64,000 nucleotides of DNA from Eubacteriales bacterium (lineage in GTDB: Bacteria; Bacillota; Clostridia; Oscillospirales; SIG627). The notes below the pieces were generated by a model, which was not told the DNA's origin, ran no database searches, and saw only the letters and a list, made by a program, of their open reading frames with translations. The position numbers and the translations under genes were made by a program. Of the stretch, positions 9,517 through 19,556 are shown piece after piece (the first letter of the stretch is position 1; the number at the start of each line of letters is the position of its first letter). The stretch covers positions 34,947-98,946 of the forward strand of contig JAZODR010000052.1 of NCBI GenBank assembly GCA_045597125.1, in the 5' to 3' direction.

Positions 9517-10593
9517 ATGTCAGAAAATCAAACATCGTTTTTTGCATCACTAAACACTGCACGTGGATTTCAAAGCGATTTTGAATCCATTTTCGATCCA
9601 AAAGAATTAAAGCAAATTTACATCTTAAAAGGTGGGCCCGGAACGGGAAAATCAAGCTTGATAAGAAAAATTGCAGAAGACGCTGAAAAGAGAGGTCAGA
9701 CCGTTGAGCGCTTTCGCTGCTCATCCGACCCCCAATCATTGGATGGAATTATTTTATCAGAAATAAATATAGCAATACTTGACGGAACAGCTCCGCATTT
9801 GATGGACGCCGATTTTCCGGGAATTATAGAAACTATCATAAATCTTGGCTCCTTCTGGGATATTAAAAAGCTGATTTCTAATAAACAAAGAATTTTTGAA
9901 CTAATCAAAGAAAAAAAGAACTATTATAAAAGCGCTTATCACTTTTTGGAAGCCTTCGGAGACATCTCTGAAGAAATACTGAATTTTTCAAAAAAACATT
10001 TATTACAGGAAAAAATGCTAAGAAATATTAATGTACAAACGGGATATTTTTTTCAAAGGCAATTTAGTAATGCAAAAAAAAGAATTCGAAACGTCTCCAC
10101 AATTTGTAAAGATGGAGCATACCAACTCAGGACTTTTGAACATAAGAGCAATCGCATCTGGGTGATAGATGATCATTGTTACAGTGGTCACTTATATCTG
10201 GAAGAACTAAAAAATATTGCAGAAATAAAAAACCAGTCATACGATATCAGCCACTCCCCTATTTTTCCGAATAAACCTAACGCATTGTTTTTCCCCGAAT
10301 CCAAAATTTGCTTTATTCTCGGGAAGCGGGACTACGATAATGAACTGCCAAACAAAGAATATCATTACATCAATATGAAGCGTTTTCTGGATCTTGATAA
10401 GTTTGCCGAAGCCAAACAAAAAATTAAATTTAGCTTTAAATGCTGTAATGAACTACTGGATGGCGCAACATACCTATTAAAATCCGCATCAAATTGTCAC
10501 AAAGAGCTTGAAGAATATTATATATCCGCTATGGATTTTAAAAAGGTGGAAGCACTACAAAATGAAATTTCCGAATCCATTTTCAATTCCTAA
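9517..10593 (+). CDS. P-loop NTPase of unknown function
   Basis: GGPGTGKS Walker A near the N-terminus and about 358 aa. It resembles the uncharacterised Firmicute ATPases I recall as PRK06851-like. Confidence 0.5.
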   Translation: MSENQTSFFASLNTARGFQSDFESIFDPKELKQIYILKGGPGTGKSSLIRKIAEDAEKRGQTVERFRCSSDPQSLDGIILSEINIAILDGTAPHLMDADFPGIIETIINLGSFWDIKKLISNKQRIFELIKEKKNYYKSAYHFLEAFGDISEEILNFSKKHLLQEKMLRNINVQTGYFFQRQFSNAKKRIRNVSTICKDGAYQLRTFEHKSNRIWVIDDHCYSGHLYLEELKNIAEIKNQSYDISHSPIFPNKPNALFFPESKICFILGKRDYDNELPNKEYHYINMKRFLDLDKFAEAKQKIKFSFKCCNELLDGATYLLKSASNCHKELEEYYISAMDFKKVEALQNEISESIFNS

Positions 10594-10606
10594 AATTTCA
10601 ATTACC

Positions 10607-10635
10607 TTGACATAGCCAAAAAGCTTTTATATAAT
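10607..10635 (+). promoter_or_regulatory. sigma-A-like promoter
   Basis: TTGACA, 17 nt spacer, TATAAT; upstream of the AraC-family gene. Confidence 0.6.
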
Positions 10636-10665
10636 AATTGCAAATAATTTGGAAAGAGAAATACA

Positions 10666-11460
10666 ATGTTAGAGGAATTTAAATTGTGGGACGTCCCAAT
10701 ACACGTCTTTAAAACAATAAACGGTATTTCGGAATTTCCGTCAATTTTTTATAATCAACTGAAATTATGCTACGTTTTGGACGGAATTCTGGAAGTTGAA
10801 ATTGAGGGCAGAAAACGAATTGTAAACCAAGGAGATATTTGTCTTATTTTCCCCAATATTCCTCACACATTCTTGCCCAGCTCTGCCACCGCGTTAATCG
10901 CAATCATAGACAACAATTTCATCCAATCTTATCAAGAAATTTTACTACACCAAAAGCCAAAGAATGCAGTACTCACAAAAGATGGTTTGAACCGCGAAAT
11001 TAAATACTTATTTCAACAAATTTATGATGTTTACATCCATGATTCCGCTTTTCGCAATACAATTCTCTACTCGCTCATCAACGCGCTTTTCGGTACTCTT
11101 ATAATTTCCTGTAAAACAGTTCCGCGAAATTCAAAAAATGAGTTAATTGAAAAAATAATAGTATATTTATCCGAGCACTTTACGAGTAAAATTACACTGG
11201 ATGACATTGCAAAGGAATTTGGCTACAATAAATATTATATTTCTCATATAATCAGCGAAAGCCTTTTCTGTAATTTCTCTGCGTTAATCAACATCTACCG
11301 AATCGGATTAGCTCAAAATCTTTTGATTTATACCAATAAATCTATTTCGAACATAGCGAGTGAATGCGGATTTCAAAATCAAACATCATTCAGTCGTGTT
11401 TTTTCAAAACGCGTAGGCCTTTCACCGGGCAAATTTCGAATCAAAAGAGAACGATATTAA
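10666..11460 (+). CDS. AraC family transcriptional regulator (cupin + HTH)
   Basis: N-terminal cupin-like domain and a C-terminal double HTH (IASECGFQNQTSFSRVFSKRVGLSPGKFR). Confidence 0.85.
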   Translation: MLEEFKLWDVPIHVFKTINGISEFPSIFYNQLKLCYVLDGILEVEIEGRKRIVNQGDICLIFPNIPHTFLPSSATALIAIIDNNFIQSYQEILLHQKPKNAVLTKDGLNREIKYLFQQIYDVYIHDSAFRNTILYSLINALFGTLIISCKTVPRNSKNELIEKIIVYLSEHFTSKITLDDIAKEFGYNKYYISHIISESLFCNFSALINIYRIGLAQNLLIYTNKSISNIASECGFQNQTSFSRVFSKRVGLSPGKFRIKRERY

Positions 11461-11486
11461 GCACGAAATGAATAAAAGAGGTAGTT

Positions 11487-12050
11487 ATGAAAATTATTTT
11501 AGCATCTGCTTCCCCGAGACGCGAAGAACTTATCAAACGAATTTTTGACGAATTCATCGTAGTTCCCGCCAATATTGACGAAACTCTTCCCGATGATATC
11601 GGTTTAGAATTTGCTCCCGTATTTCTAGCAGCTGAAAAAGCAGAAGCAATCGCCAAGTCATATCCCAATGATCTGATTATCTCTGCTGATACAATTGTTC
11701 TGGCAGACGGAAAGATGCTAGGAAAACCAAAAAATAGAAACGATGCTAAAAAAATGCTGGAGTTTCTATCCGGAAAAACTCACAAAGTGATTACGGGTTG
11801 TTGCATACGAAAAGGAGAACTTCTTACATCCTTTTCAGAAGAAAGTTACGTCACTTTCTTTGATTTAAGCAAAAATCAAATTGAAAGCTACGTGGAATCG
11901 GGCGCTTCCGATGGCAAAGCCGGTGCTTACGGAATTCAAGATAAAGGCGCACTCTTTGTCGAAAAAATAGAGGGCGATTATTACAACATTGTAGGACTTC
12001 CTATTGCAAAACTTAACCGAGAAATTCAAGGACTTTTAGAAGAATTCTGA
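11487..12050 (+). CDS. maf: Maf-like nucleoside triphosphate pyrophosphatase
   Basis: ILASASPRR..L, SADT.V, GKP, AGAYGIQ motifs. Confidence 0.9.
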   Translation: MKIILASASPRREELIKRIFDEFIVVPANIDETLPDDIGLEFAPVFLAAEKAEAIAKSYPNDLIISADTIVLADGKMLGKPKNRNDAKKMLEFLSGKTHKVITGCCIRKGELLTSFSEESYVTFFDLSKNQIESYVESGASDGKAGAYGIQDKGALFVEKIEGDYYNIVGLPIAKLNREIQGLLEEF

Positions 12051-12056
12051 TACATA

Positions 12057-12093
12057 AAACAAAGGGTTTTGGAATCCAAAACCCTTTGTTTTA
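12057..12093. terminator. bidirectional intrinsic terminator
   Basis: aaaacaaagggttttgg-aatcc-aaaaccctttgtttt between convergent maf and ygiQ. Confidence 0.8.
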
Positions 12094-13956
12094 TTTTCTT
12101 TTTTTCAAATGTTTGGTTAAAGAAGTTTTTCGCTTGGAAGGGGCTTTTATCGGTTTGATTGCGCCTTTTTCGGGAGGAACCAAACAATTCTTACCGAATC
12201 CTATCAAATCTTCCCTGCCAAGATGTCGCAACGTGTCACGAATCATACGATAATTCTCAGGCCTATAGTATTGAAGCAGAGCGCGTTGTACCGCCTTTTC
12301 TTTACGCTCCTTAGCAACATACACAGGCTTTAATGTATATGGGTCTAGGCCCGTATAATACATGCAAGTAGAAACCGTTCCGGGAGTAGGATAGAAATCT
12401 TGTACTTGCTCGGGATGCATATTTTCTTGCTTTAAAAATAGCGCTAACTCTATCGCATCCATAATCGTACTTCCCGGATGAGAAGACATCAGATATGGTA
12501 CTAAATACTGCTTCTTGCCAATTGATTTGGTCAATTCCATAAAACGATCGCGAAACTTCTTATAAATAGAAAATGAAGGTTTTCCCATAAAAGACAGAAC
12601 CTGATCAGAACAATGCTCCGGAGCTACCTTTAACTGACCGCTGACGTGATGTCGAACCAGCTCCTTGAAAAAGGAATCATCTCGGTCTGCAAGAAGATAG
12701 TCAAAACGAATACCGGACCGAATAAATACCTTTTTGACTCCGGGTATCGCACGAAGCTTTTGCAAAAGAGCAAGGTAATCACGGTGATCCACGACAAGAT
12801 TTTTACATGGTTTTGGAGCCAGACACTTCTTTCCTTTACACATACCATGGGTTTCTTGAAAATCGCAAGAAGGGGCTCTGAAGTTGGCGGTGGGGCCGCC
12901 AACGTCGTGAATATATCCTTTAAAATCAGGAAGCTTTGTCAAAAGCTTCGCCTCTTTTATGACGGACTCGTGACTACGAGATGTGACAGCACGGCCTTGA
13001 TGGAAAGCGATTGCGCAAAAATTACATGCACCAAAGCAACCACGATTGTGAGCAATGGAAAATTTTACTTCTTCGATTGCACGAACACCGCCGGCAGACT
13101 CATATGAGGGATGATAATTTCTCTCATAGGGAAGATCATAAACAGCATCCAATTCTTCTCTTGACAAAGGCGGCATAGGAGGATTTTGAATCAAAAATAT
13201 ATCTTTTTGCTTTTGGATAACTCTTTTCCCGCGAATCGGATCGTGTTCTTCAAGCTCAATTCTGGTAGCAACGGCATAATTGCGAAAGCCTTGGGCAGTC
13301 TGTGGCTTAACATCTTCCAGGGAAGGACAAATTACACAGTCTCTGTCTTCATAATCCATAGCCAGGTAACAAGTGCCGCGTATGTCACGAAGATCATTTA
13401 CCGCTTCCCCGTTTTTTAAACGGGTGGCAATTTCAACAACCTGTTTTTCGCCCATTCCATACATTAAAATATCAGCTTTACTTTCAAAAAGAATAGACGG
13501 GTGAACCGTGTTATCCCAATAATCATAGTGTGCAAAACGACGCAAGGATGCCTCAAGCCCTCCGATTGCTATCGGAATATTACCAAATGCAGCACGAATC
13601 GACGAACAATACGTAACCGTAGCACGGTCAGGTCTCCGACCCATTACACTACCGGGGGTATATAAATCCTCTTTTCGTTTCTTTTTTGCTACGGTATAAT
13701 GGGCAACCATCGGGTCAATATTCCCGCCATTGACAAAAAAACCGATTTGGGGTCTGCCAAACTGCAGATAATCCTTCTCTTCTTGCGGCTGTGAAAGAAT
13801 ACATACACGAAATCCGTTTTTTTCCAAAACACGTGAAATGATGGCAGTGCCAAAACTGGGATGATCCACATAAGCATCGCCGGTGACAAGCACGATATCA
13901 CATTCATTCCAGCCACGCGCAAACATATCTTCACGGTTAATCGGTAAAAAAGCCAT
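12091..13956 (-). CDS. YgiQ family radical SAM protein (UPF0313)
   Basis: 621 aa. The N-terminal LPINREDM..RGW...D.VLVTGDAYVDHPSFG is typical of YgiQ; CxxxCxxC-type cluster CFGACNFC. Confidence 0.85.
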   Translation of the reverse strand: MAFLPINREDMFARGWNECDIVLVTGDAYVDHPSFGTAIISRVLEKNGFRVCILSQPQEEKDYLQFGRPQIGFFVNGGNIDPMVAHYTVAKKKRKEDLYTPGSVMGRRPDRATVTYCSSIRAAFGNIPIAIGGLEASLRRFAHYDYWDNTVHPSILFESKADILMYGMGEKQVVEIATRLKNGEAVNDLRDIRGTCYLAMDYEDRDCVICPSLEDVKPQTAQGFRNYAVATRIELEEHDPIRGKRVIQKQKDIFLIQNPPMPPLSREELDAVYDLPYERNYHPSYESAGGVRAIEEVKFSIAHNRGCFGACNFCAIAFHQGRAVTSRSHESVIKEAKLLTKLPDFKGYIHDVGGPTANFRAPSCDFQETHGMCKGKKCLAPKPCKNLVVDHRDYLALLQKLRAIPGVKKVFIRSGIRFDYLLADRDDSFFKELVRHHVSGQLKVAPEHCSDQVLSFMGKPSFSIYKKFRDRFMELTKSIGKKQYLVPYLMSSHPGSTIMDAIELALFLKQENMHPEQVQDFYPTPGTVSTCMYYTGLDPYTLKPVYVAKERKEKAVQRALLQYYRPENYRMIRDTLRHLGREDLIGFGKNCLVPPEKGAIKPIKAPSKRKTSLTKHLKKRK

Positions 13957-13967
13957 AGTAAACCTTT

Positions 13968-14504
13968 CTAATTAACAATCTCAGGAATTATAATTTCTCT
14001 TAAAGACTTTTCTCTCTCTTTCCAGTCCGGTAAAAAACGAGAAACAAGAGCATAAAATTTTGGCGAATGATTATGCTCTAGCGTATGACAAAGTTCGTGA
14101 ATAATCACGTAATCCATTTGAGCGTCAGAGGTCAAATTTAAAAACACGGAAAAACACAAATGATTTTTACTGCTGCAGCTTCCAAAACGCCCTCTAGCCG
14201 TGGTAATTTTGGCGCCTTGATAGGTTAACCCCGTCAAATGACTTAACGCCTCAACGCGGGGCAAAATGCGAAGACGGGCTTGACTTTTCATCTGTTCAAG
14301 CTCTAAGCGATTTACAGTAGGCGTGGCAGGCATATCGAGCATTTTTGCTCGATGTTTTTCAAGAATTTTCTGTTTTTTCATTATAAAATTATCAATTTGT
14401 ATTTGTGGGTAAAACATTGGCGCTCGGACCAAAAAACTACCGTCGCGCATAACTTGAACGGAAACCGTCCGACGCTTAGAGCGAATCAATTTATATTCGA
14501 GCAT
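13968..14504 (-). CDS. YgjP-like/DUF45 zinc metallopeptidase-fold protein
   Basis: HELCH...H motif (IIHELCHTLEHNHSPKFY) and about 178 aa. Confidence 0.75.
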   Translation of the reverse strand: MLEYKLIRSKRRTVSVQVMRDGSFLVRAPMFYPQIQIDNFIMKKQKILEKHRAKMLDMPATPTVNRLELEQMKSQARLRILPRVEALSHLTGLTYQGAKITTARGRFGSCSSKNHLCFSVFLNLTSDAQMDYVIIHELCHTLEHNHSPKFYALVSRFLPDWKEREKSLREIIIPEIVN

Positions 14505-14575
14505 AAATCTCCTAAAACATTTTCTTTTTTCATTATATCAAATAATAATAGATATTTCAACAAATACTTAAAAAT

Positions 14576-14603
14576 AAAAAAACGGCACTTCGTGCCGTTT
14601 TTG
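14576..14603. terminator. terminator-like hairpin in a divergent intergenic region
   Basis: aaaaaaacggcac-ttc-gtgccgttttt; the T-run is longer on the minus strand (7 T). Confidence 0.6.
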
Positions 14604-14650
14604 ACCTTTCAGTGCCTCCCGCATAAACTGATGTTAAGGAGGTGCTTCAT

Positions 14651-14989
14651 ATGGCGGAAATACTACTTTCTTTTTTTGCTGTAATCGGGTTGATGTTTCT
14701 TGTTATCTACATTTGCGATTATTTCTTTTATCGAAAATACAATCAAAGACTTACACTTGCCATTGACGCAAGAAAAATGTCAATTGAGCAATGTATTGAT
14801 ACATTTGAACTAATAAACTCAGTTCGGCAAACCACGTCCGGTAAAGCTGCAATAGCATCTATTTTGGTTATTGTAGAAAATGAAAATAACGAGAATATAA
14901 AAATTGTCAGGGAATATATGCGCATTTTTCATATACCAGGAGAAATACAAATAAAACCGTATAGCTCTAACGACAATCCTTTTTCATAA
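14651..14989 (+). CDS. small membrane protein, unknown function
   Basis: AAGGAGG RBS 8 nt before the ATG at 14651; one N-terminal TM helix; 112 aa. Confidence 0.5.
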   Translation: MAEILLSFFAVIGLMFLVIYICDYFFYRKYNQRLTLAIDARKMSIEQCIDTFELINSVRQTTSGKAAIASILVIVENENNENIKIVREYMRIFHIPGEIQIKPYSSNDNPFS

Positions 14990-15644
14990 TTTTTACATTT
15001 CCCAAATAATCAGCAGACAAGAGAAACACCTCGTTTTCTGATGCAAAGTGTTCTCGGTTAAGAATACGCCTCAGCCATTTTTCATTTTTTCCAATCGCGG
15101 AAAGCGCTTTCCGATTGATTCTGCCGTCGTTTATAACCGCGACCGAAAAACCAATTTCGGGAACCTGTAAATTTAGATCCTCCGGTGCCACAGAATCACT
15201 TCTGGCGTAAGGCACGACACTAAGCTGACCGTTGGGTTCTAAGATTGCAAATCGCACCTTAGAAAGATCATAATAACCATTCAGTCTCAAGAGACTAAGA
15301 AGCTCATCCAGAGTAATACGATTTTTTCGCAATTCTTTCTCAAGAATGTCCCCTTCTCGTATTAAAATGCTGGGTGAGAAGTCAAATGCTTTTTTAATGA
15401 AAGGAATCTTCAAAGATAAATAGGAAACAAAAATTTCGGTTAAAACCATCAAAAGAATAGGAATCAATCCGTAATATAGCGGCACTTCTCTATTAGTCAC
15501 GGTAAAGCTGGCAAACTCTGAAAGAAAAAAAGCCGCAACCAACTCAGAAGTTTGCATTTCACCGATTTGCCTTTTACCAATCAATTTTAATGAAAATAGC
15601 ACATAAAAATATACAATAATAAATCTTATAATAATTTGTTTCAT
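14967..15644 (-). CDS. DUF421 (YetF-like) membrane protein
   Basis: The N-terminal L.GKRQ.G.M...E.V motif and overall layout are typical of DUF421. Confidence 0.75.
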   Translation of the reverse strand: MKQIIIRFIIVYFYVLFSLKLIGKRQIGEMQTSELVAAFFLSEFASFTVTNREVPLYYGLIPILLMVLTEIFVSYLSLKIPFIKKAFDFSPSILIREGDILEKELRKNRITLDELLSLLRLNGYYDLSKVRFAILEPNGQLSVVPYARSDSVAPEDLNLQVPEIGFSVAVINDGRINRKALSAIGKNEKWLRRILNREHFASENEVFLLSADYLGNVKIMKKDCR

Positions 15645-15675
15645 AAAAGTATTATAAGCGTTTTTTTGTCAACTA

Positions 15676-15712
15676 TGAAAAAAAGAATCTGAAAAATTCA
15701 GATTCTTTTTTT
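15676..15712 (-). terminator. intrinsic terminator overlapping the folA stop codon
   Basis: aaaaaaagaatctgaa-ttttt-ttcagattcttttttt; the folA TGA stop lies inside the stem. Confidence 0.75.
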
Positions 15713-16201
15713 GTTGGTATAAACTTGAAAAGCATATTCAATTTCCTTTTTTGAAAGAAGCTTTTCGCCCTCATCAGATAAAACGAAATCGGGATGCTCA
15801 TCAAGATTTGGAAAAAACACGGTAGCTTCCGTATCCGTTTTAAAAATCTTGGTAACAAATGCCTTTTTACAATAAGGCAGAAGTTGTCGATAAACGCTTT
15901 CTCCTCCTATAACAAAAACCTCGTCTTCGGGAAGGTGGGAAATTAAAGTAAAAAGTTTCTCAAGGCTATCAACCACAACAAGCTGATCGGATTCGGGAAA
16001 AGTACTATGTGTTAGAACAAAATGCTTACGATCGGGCAAAGGAATACCACCCGGGAAACTCAAAAGCGTATTCTTTCCGCAAATGACACATTTGCCAACA
16101 GTCATAGAACGAAAAAACTTCATATCCTCCGGAAGATGAAACAGCAAATCGTTATTCTTCCCGATTCCCCAATTCTCATCTACGGCAACAATAATATTCA
16201 T
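15698..16201 (-). CDS. folA: dihydrofolate reductase
   Basis: IVAVD.NWGIG..N.L....EDM..F...T and a VIGG motif; 167 aa; immediately downstream of thyA. Confidence 0.9.
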   Translation of the reverse strand: MNIIVAVDENWGIGKNNDLLFHLPEDMKFFRSMTVGKCVICGKNTLLSFPGGIPLPDRKHFVLTHSTFPESDQLVVVDSLEKLFTLISHLPEDEVFVIGGESVYRQLLPYCKKAFVTKIFKTDTEATVFFPNLDEHPDFVLSDEGEKLLSKKEIEYAFQVYTNKKRI

Positions 16202-16209
16202 AACTCCTC

Positions 16210-17058
16210 CTAGATGGCAACAGGAATTCCCTTAATCTGTTCGTGGGTTTCATAATCCAAAAGTTTCACATCGTCCACAGTGAAATCATAAAAATTCTTT
16301 ACCTCGGGATTCAACCAAAGTTTAGGAGCGGACAACGGCTCTCGTTCAATTAATTCTTTCACGAGAGGGATATGACGGTCATAAATATGTGCATCCGCGA
16401 TAACATGCACCAGCTCACCCACTTCCATATCACATTCTCTGGCAAACATATGGATTAGAATAGCATACTGTACAACATTCCAATTGTTTGCAGTAAGAAC
16501 ATCACTGGAGCGCTGATTCAGCATCCCATTAAGAACCAGCTTTCCGTTTTCACCTTGGGTCACGTTGAAGGTCATGGAATAGGCACAAGGCTCAAGACCC
16601 ATTTCCGAAAGGTCCGAAAAATTATAAAGACTGGTCATAATACGGCGGGAGAAAGGGGTGTTTTTCAGTTGCCAAAGAACGTTATCAACCTGATCCATTA
16701 CACCATGTTTAAACTTATATTTTTGAGCCAGTTGATAGCCGTACGCTTTGCCAATCGTTCCGTCATCCCCGGTCCAAGCCTCCCAAATTTTAGGGTTAAC
16801 AAGATGGGCGGTAACATTACTCTTTTTCTGCCAAATCCAGAGAATCTCATCAACACAGCTCTTCAAAGCAGTTCTTCGCAAGGTAATTGCAGGAAACTCC
16901 TTTGAAAGGTCATAGCGATTTACAATACCGAATTTTTTCACGGTGTAAGCCACCTCGCCGTCCTCCCAATGAGGACGAACCTTTTCGCCTTTTGTATCCG
17001 TTCCATTCTCCAAAATATCTCGGCACATATTGATAAAAATATGATCAGCTGCACTCAT
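16210..17058 (-). CDS. thyA: thymidylate synthase (ThyA)
   Basis: Contains the active-site LEPC block, plus QRS.D and a C-terminal ...PVAI. Start moved to MSAADH. Confidence 0.9.
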   Translation of the reverse strand: MSAADHIFINMCRDILENGTDTKGEKVRPHWEDGEVAYTVKKFGIVNRYDLSKEFPAITLRRTALKSCVDEILWIWQKKSNVTAHLVNPKIWEAWTGDDGTIGKAYGYQLAQKYKFKHGVMDQVDNVLWQLKNTPFSRRIMTSLYNFSDLSEMGLEPCAYSMTFNVTQGENGKLVLNGMLNQRSSDVLTANNWNVVQYAILIHMFARECDMEVGELVHVIADAHIYDRHIPLVKELIEREPLSAPKLWLNPEVKNFYDFTVDDVKLLDYETHEQIKGIPVAI

Positions 17059-17209
17059 TTTGATTACCTCACACCTTTTTTTACATTTTAACACAATGTA
17101 GAAAAATTTGCAATAAAATTAATGAATCTTTCAAATTTGACGAAATCCATATTGATTTTTTCAAAAATATATGCAATAATAGTTTCATCATATTATAGTG
17201 TGTGGAGTT

Positions 17210-18253
17210 ATGATGACGAAAAACGAATTTATCAGCTTTTTAGAATCTCACCTTGATTTTTTGGATTCAGTAAAAGAAAAAATTGTTCTTAGCTTTTTTC
17301 AAGAAAAATTTTCTTTTTGTGCCACCCTTGAAGAAGAAAATGCAATGATAGAAGCATTTGGAACGCCGGAACAATTTATTGAAAATTTAAAAATGCATAT
17401 TTTCTCTGCGAATCAATCACAGCCGGAATTGTATGCTTATTTAGAATCCATCCTTCAAGAGAAACTGCCTTCTCTTCGGGATAATTCTTCAGAGGGTGAT
17501 GTCATTTTCTCCAGACCAATCCCTATTGAAAAAGCTTCAAAAGTCATCCATTCCATGGATGACCGAGAAGTTAAAACTCTTTACGGAGAAAAGGTTGTCA
17601 TAGAAAATCGAACGGAATCCATAGAAGAAACTGTATCTGAGCCGATTGATGAGGCAAACGGACTAACCACCGAGGAAATTCGTATTGCAAAAAAGAAAAC
17701 TCTCGAAAAAACTGAGGGTTTTTCAAGCAAAACAGATGAAACGCGTATCCCCCTTGAGGAAGAAGATTTTGTTTCCGAAGAAAATGTCACTGAGGAAACC
17801 GGTGACGAGAAGAAAGAATTTATTGGTTTGTTTCACGACATTCTCCCGGATAACAAGTACAATAAAACAACTAAACTTTCTCTACTTGCATTGCTGACTT
17901 TAGCCGTTTCCCCGCTCTTGCTTTTTGCTTTTGGACTTGTTATTTTACTGTATGCAGCTTTGGTTACATTTACGCTCATCGTTGTTGTCACACTCTTTGC
18001 CCTTATGGTTGTTTTGCTTGCAATTGGCATCATTGAATTGGTGCACGGCTTTTTGGTTCTATTTGACAGTGTCGCTGCAGCACTGATTGAATTGGGCTTC
18101 GGTACAATTTTGTTCTCTCTTGTTATTGCCATTGCAGCCTTGATTTACGAATTTATTTTCGCTATTGTTCCCAAATGGTTGAAATGGGTTACAAAAACTT
18201 TTATTCATTATACCAAACTCATCTATTGTTATCTTTACGGAGGTAAGGCATGA
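17210..18253 (+). CDS. DUF1700-like membrane protein
   Basis: The N-terminal KNEFISFLESHL...E is typical of DUF1700. An acidic linker and C-terminal multi-TM region follow; the stop overlaps the next gene's start. Confidence 0.6.
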   Translation: MMTKNEFISFLESHLDFLDSVKEKIVLSFFQEKFSFCATLEEENAMIEAFGTPEQFIENLKMHIFSANQSQPELYAYLESILQEKLPSLRDNSSEGDVIFSRPIPIEKASKVIHSMDDREVKTLYGEKVVIENRTESIEETVSEPIDEANGLTTEEIRIAKKKTLEKTEGFSSKTDETRIPLEEEDFVSEENVTEETGDEKKEFIGLFHDILPDNKYNKTTKLSLLALLTLAVSPLLLFAFGLVILLYAALVTFTLIVVVTLFALMVVLLAIGIIELVHGFLVLFDSVAAALIELGFGTILFSLVIAIAALIYEFIFAIVPKWLKWVTKTFIHYTKLIYCYLYGGKA

Positions 18254-19239
18254 AAAAAACAACGCATTCTCTGCTGATCTCCGCCTTGATTTTATTTTGT
18301 ACCGGACTTTTACTTGCGGTGGTTACCTCTCTTTATGCAAAAATTGCAAAGATTGAGGTTTATGATGTGCCCAAAAAAGCCAAAACCATCGAAACCATTT
18401 CCGTTTCTATTGATGAAATTCTCAAGCACTCTCCCGAATCCAATTATGTCAAGCAACTTTCTGAAACAAAATTTGCCAAAATTGATTTAAGTTCCTTTGT
18501 TGGTGACGTTATTATTTGTCAGAGTGATAAAGCAGAGTTACAGTTCAATAAGGCGAACACCAACAATCTGTCTTATATCATTACAGGTGACACACTTACC
18601 GTTGAAGAGGTTGACCCGGTTGGCTTTATGGGCTTTTATATAAGCCGCGGTGGCATCTCTTTCAAAGGTCTTCGTCACATATTCAATCCCGGCAATCCCA
18701 CCAACGGCGCAAAAACAATTACGATTAAAATTCCAAAAGAACAAAATTTAACACAGATTGATATTTATTCTTCAATTGGAGATATTACAATTGACGGTAT
18801 TTCCTCTTCCAACATCAACGTTGAATCGGGAAATGGTGATGTAATCATTAAAAATCTCTCCAATCCTGAAGGGAAAATTACGGTCAATGGTAATTTTACC
18901 GATGTAAAAATGGAAAAGAACCTTTATTACAATTGTGTCGTTTCAACACATTTCGGTAACATTGAAACCAAACTTCCGAATCATGCAAATGCAAGCACAA
19001 TTCTTGATCTTTGGTGCGGTGATATTGACGTAGAAACCAATCTTCCTGCCACCCACTACAAACTTAGCTTAACCACCACCCTTGGAATGATTACGAGAAA
19101 TTCTGAGGACGTCGGAAAAAAATTAAATAGTGACGGAAGCGGTGCCGCGCGTATTTCATCTGATATTTTCCTTGGAGATTTTAATCTTGAATTCTCCGAT
19201 GATGATAAGAATTACAAACCGGAACAAACGATTTCATAA
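18250..19239 (+). CDS. DUF4097-like (putative beta-helix adhesin) protein
   Basis: N-terminal TM helix and repeated GD(V/I)xI...G beta-strand repeats. DUF1700-DUF4097 is a common gene pair. Confidence 0.6.
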   Translation: MKKTTHSLLISALILFCTGLLLAVVTSLYAKIAKIEVYDVPKKAKTIETISVSIDEILKHSPESNYVKQLSETKFAKIDLSSFVGDVIICQSDKAELQFNKANTNNLSYIITGDTLTVEEVDPVGFMGFYISRGGISFKGLRHIFNPGNPTNGAKTITIKIPKEQNLTQIDIYSSIGDITIDGISSSNINVESGNGDVIIKNLSNPEGKITVNGNFTDVKMEKNLYYNCVVSTHFGNIETKLPNHANASTILDLWCGDIDVETNLPATHYKLSLTTTLGMITRNSEDVGKKLNSDGSGAARISSDIFLGDFNLEFSDDDKNYKPEQTIS

Positions 19240-19342
19240 TTTAAAAAAATTACCAACCATTATATTTGAAAAAGAGGTCATAATATCTACAGGATATATG
19301 ATCCTTTTTTATATCCTAATTTCAAACCAACAGAGGTTAAAA

Positions 19343-19552
19343 ATGTTAGACCGAATTGCTCTTACAATTCTGATTATCGGTGGGTTAAACTGGGGAAGCA
19401 TTGGACTATTTAATTTTGATATTGTTTCCTGGATTTTCTCAGGTACTTCTCACGCGATTGCACGCATTATTTTCGCGATTGTTGGACTATGTGCACTTTG
19501 GTGCATTTCCATCCTCTTTAAAAGCAACGAGCACTTGAGAGCAGCGGAGTAA
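19343..19552 (+). CDS. DUF378 small membrane protein
   Basis: 69 aa; IGGLNWG..G.F.FD.V motif. Only the last 70 codons of the track ORF 19130..19552 are credible (RBS agagg). Confidence 0.75.
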   Translation: MLDRIALTILIIGGLNWGSIGLFNFDIVSWIFSGTSHAIARIIFAIVGLCALWCISILFKSNEHLRAAE

Positions 19553-19556
19553 ATGC

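Noticed and set aside
19130-19342. N-terminal 71 codons of the track ORF 19130..19552
   Set aside because: This part overlaps the end of the DUF4097 gene and the intergenic hairpin. The conserved DUF378 sequence starts at the internal ATG at 19343, which has its own RBS.
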